DNA from: Malacoraja senta
Taxonomy: Eukaryota
Direction of reading: 5' to 3'
Assembly (NCBI GenBank): GCA_038087875.1
Contig: CM075992.1
Span: 9,426,001-9,490,000, forward strand
Length of the DNA: 64,000 nucleotides
The position numbers and the translations under genes were made by a program. The stretch's first letter is position 1; each line of letters opens with the position of its first letter. Below are positions 62,091 through 64,000 of this stretch, in pieces. Under the pieces are notes generated by a model. The model saw only the letters and a list, made by a program, of their open reading frames with translations, was not told the DNA's origin and did no database searches.

Positions 62091-63684
62091 TCTATATCTC
62101 TAATTCACTCTGGGAGCCCTTGATGTGCTGTTTGTTGCTTTGTACACGGGCCTCTTGCTTGCCTGTTGAACTTCCAGCCTAGGATCCATGTCTGCTCCCA
62201 GTAAGCCCCTGGAGAGGCCATCTTGCCAAGCGCTGATCTAAATCTGCTAATTGGTAATTGCTGTGTTTCCAGAGCGAATATCGTTTGCCTCGAGCACAAG
62301 TCAAATTGAGTTTGTCATCATATGTATAAGTCAATGAGATGCATGTGTAATGACAATCTTGCTCCCAGCAGCATCCCATAGACTCAGGCAAACACAGAGC
62401 ATAACGTCATTTATAAATGATTACTTCAATTGTATGTGAATTCAGCCCAACATGACTATGCCGACCAACATGCCCCATCTACACTAGTCCCACCTGCCCA
62501 CACCTGATCCATATCCCTCTGCATCCTAGCGGCATAAACATTGAATTCTCCAATTTCCGGTAGCCCTTGCTGTCTCCTCCCCTTCTCAGCTCTCCCTCAG
62601 CCCTCGGGCTCCTCCTCTTCCTTTTCCCTGCCTTCTCCCCGCCCCCCCACCCTACATCAGTCTCAAGAAGGGTTTCGGCCCGAAACGTTGCCTATTTCCT
62701 TCGCTCCATAGATGCTGCTGCACCCACTGAGTTTCTCCAGCACTTTTGTCTCCCTCTAAACCTGTTACCAGTCTAAATGTTTCTTAAACGTTGCGATAGG
62801 ACCTGCATCTTGTAAAGAAAGATTCAGAGGGGGTTTGACAGTGGTGTGGCCATGAGGATATTCCTTGTGGTGGGGTAACCGGGAACATGAGGGCATGCGC
62901 TCCGGGTAAAGGGACGTCCATTTTGTTGTGAACTACTGCGAAGGTTGTTAAATTTTCTGTACGTCGGGAGTGTGGATTGGAGATTTGGTGAAGATCAGGA
63001 ACAAGGTGAGATCAGAGATCACATCCGCCAACAACACGTTGAGTGGTGGAGCAGGCTGGGAAAGCACTATTGCTCCTGCTTCTTGTACTTTTTCAATCAA
63101 CCCTTTTAAATATTTCATTGTTATTGCTCTCACTTCACACTGCATTGCCCCCCTTGAGAACAATTCTTTTCCAGACGTTATGGCAAAATCCATCTACCGA
63201 GTGTGTGGGGCCTGTCATTTTAATGAAGGGCTTTCTTTGAAATGGTGAATGCTGAATCACTGCACCATCCTGAATGTTCAATAGTTTCTTTATGGTCATG
63301 TTTAGCAGGTACTGGGATTTTTCTTGCATGCAGCTCAGCAAAACTATCTCTGCCTCGGAGGGCGGTGGAGGCCGGTTCTCTGGATACTTGCAAGAGAGAG
63401 CTAGACAGGGCTCTTAAAAATAGCGGAGTCAGGGGATATGGGGAGAAGGCAGGAACGGGGTACTGATTGGGGATGATCAGCCATGATCACATTGAATGGC
63501 GGTGCTGGCTCGTTAGGCCGTATGGCCTACTCCTGCACCTATTGTCTATTGTCTATCCCCGCACATTAGCACAATCAGCTCCAGTCAGTACAGAACAAGC
63601 GACTGAGTCCATATGCAAGAGAATGCGGTTGCTTTTATCCTATCCGCTGTGAAGGGGAAGTAGAGGGTGGAGGCTGCTGCAAGG

Positions 63685-64000
63685 TGTGGGCCCCATATCT
63701 GAGGAAGGATGTGCTGGCTCTGGAGAGGGTCCAGAGGAGGTTTACAAGAATGATCCCAGGAATGAGTGGGTTAGCATATGATGAGCGTTTGACAGCACTG
63801 GGCCTGTACTCGCTGGAGTTTAGAAGGATGAGGGGCAACCTCATTGAAACTTACCAAATAATGAAAGGCATAGATAGAGTGTTTGTGGAGAGGGTGTTTC
63901 CACTGGTGGGAGAGTCTAGGACCAGAGGTCACAGCCTCAGAATTAAAGGGCGCTCTTTTAGAAAGGGGGTGAGGAGGAACTTCTTTAGTCAGAGGGTAGT
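63685..64000 (+). mobile_element. CR1 LINE fragment running off the window
   Basis: WAPYLRKDVLALERVQRRFTRMIPG..RTRGHSLRI. Confidence 0.88.

Overview
Eukaryotic, repeat-saturated vertebrate DNA, most likely a cartilaginous fish (skate/ray), inferred from the dominance of HE1-type V-SINEs and HER1-type CR1 LINEs. The only host gene I can recognise is the last two coding exons of a RAD23 homolog (851-1006, 6381-6494; probably RAD23A). The remaining ~57 kb has no recognisable host exon. It is a nested mosaic of CR1, Rex1/Babar, L1 and Tx1 LINE fragments, tRNA-derived SINEs, Penelope-like elements (PLEs) with GIY-YIG endonuclease, several non-autonomous DNA transposons (five PIF/Harbinger-type MITEs, a hAT, a P- or hAT-like element and an unclassified 1 kb element), minisatellites, and a 200-N assembly gap (41764-41963). 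The most interesting signal is that the abundant PLE terminal repeat carries a 28-nt minimal type I hammerhead ribozyme core (CTGAAGA-A-stem II-GAAACGTH). Roughly 20 intact or decayed copies are visible by eye, and many fold-back insertions are centred on or next to this motif. Minimal hammerheads are already known from PLEs of other animals, so this is a lineage instance rather than a proven new system. No CRISPR, rRNA, true tRNA or prokaryotic system is present. All calls were made by eye and boundaries of decayed repeats are approximate.
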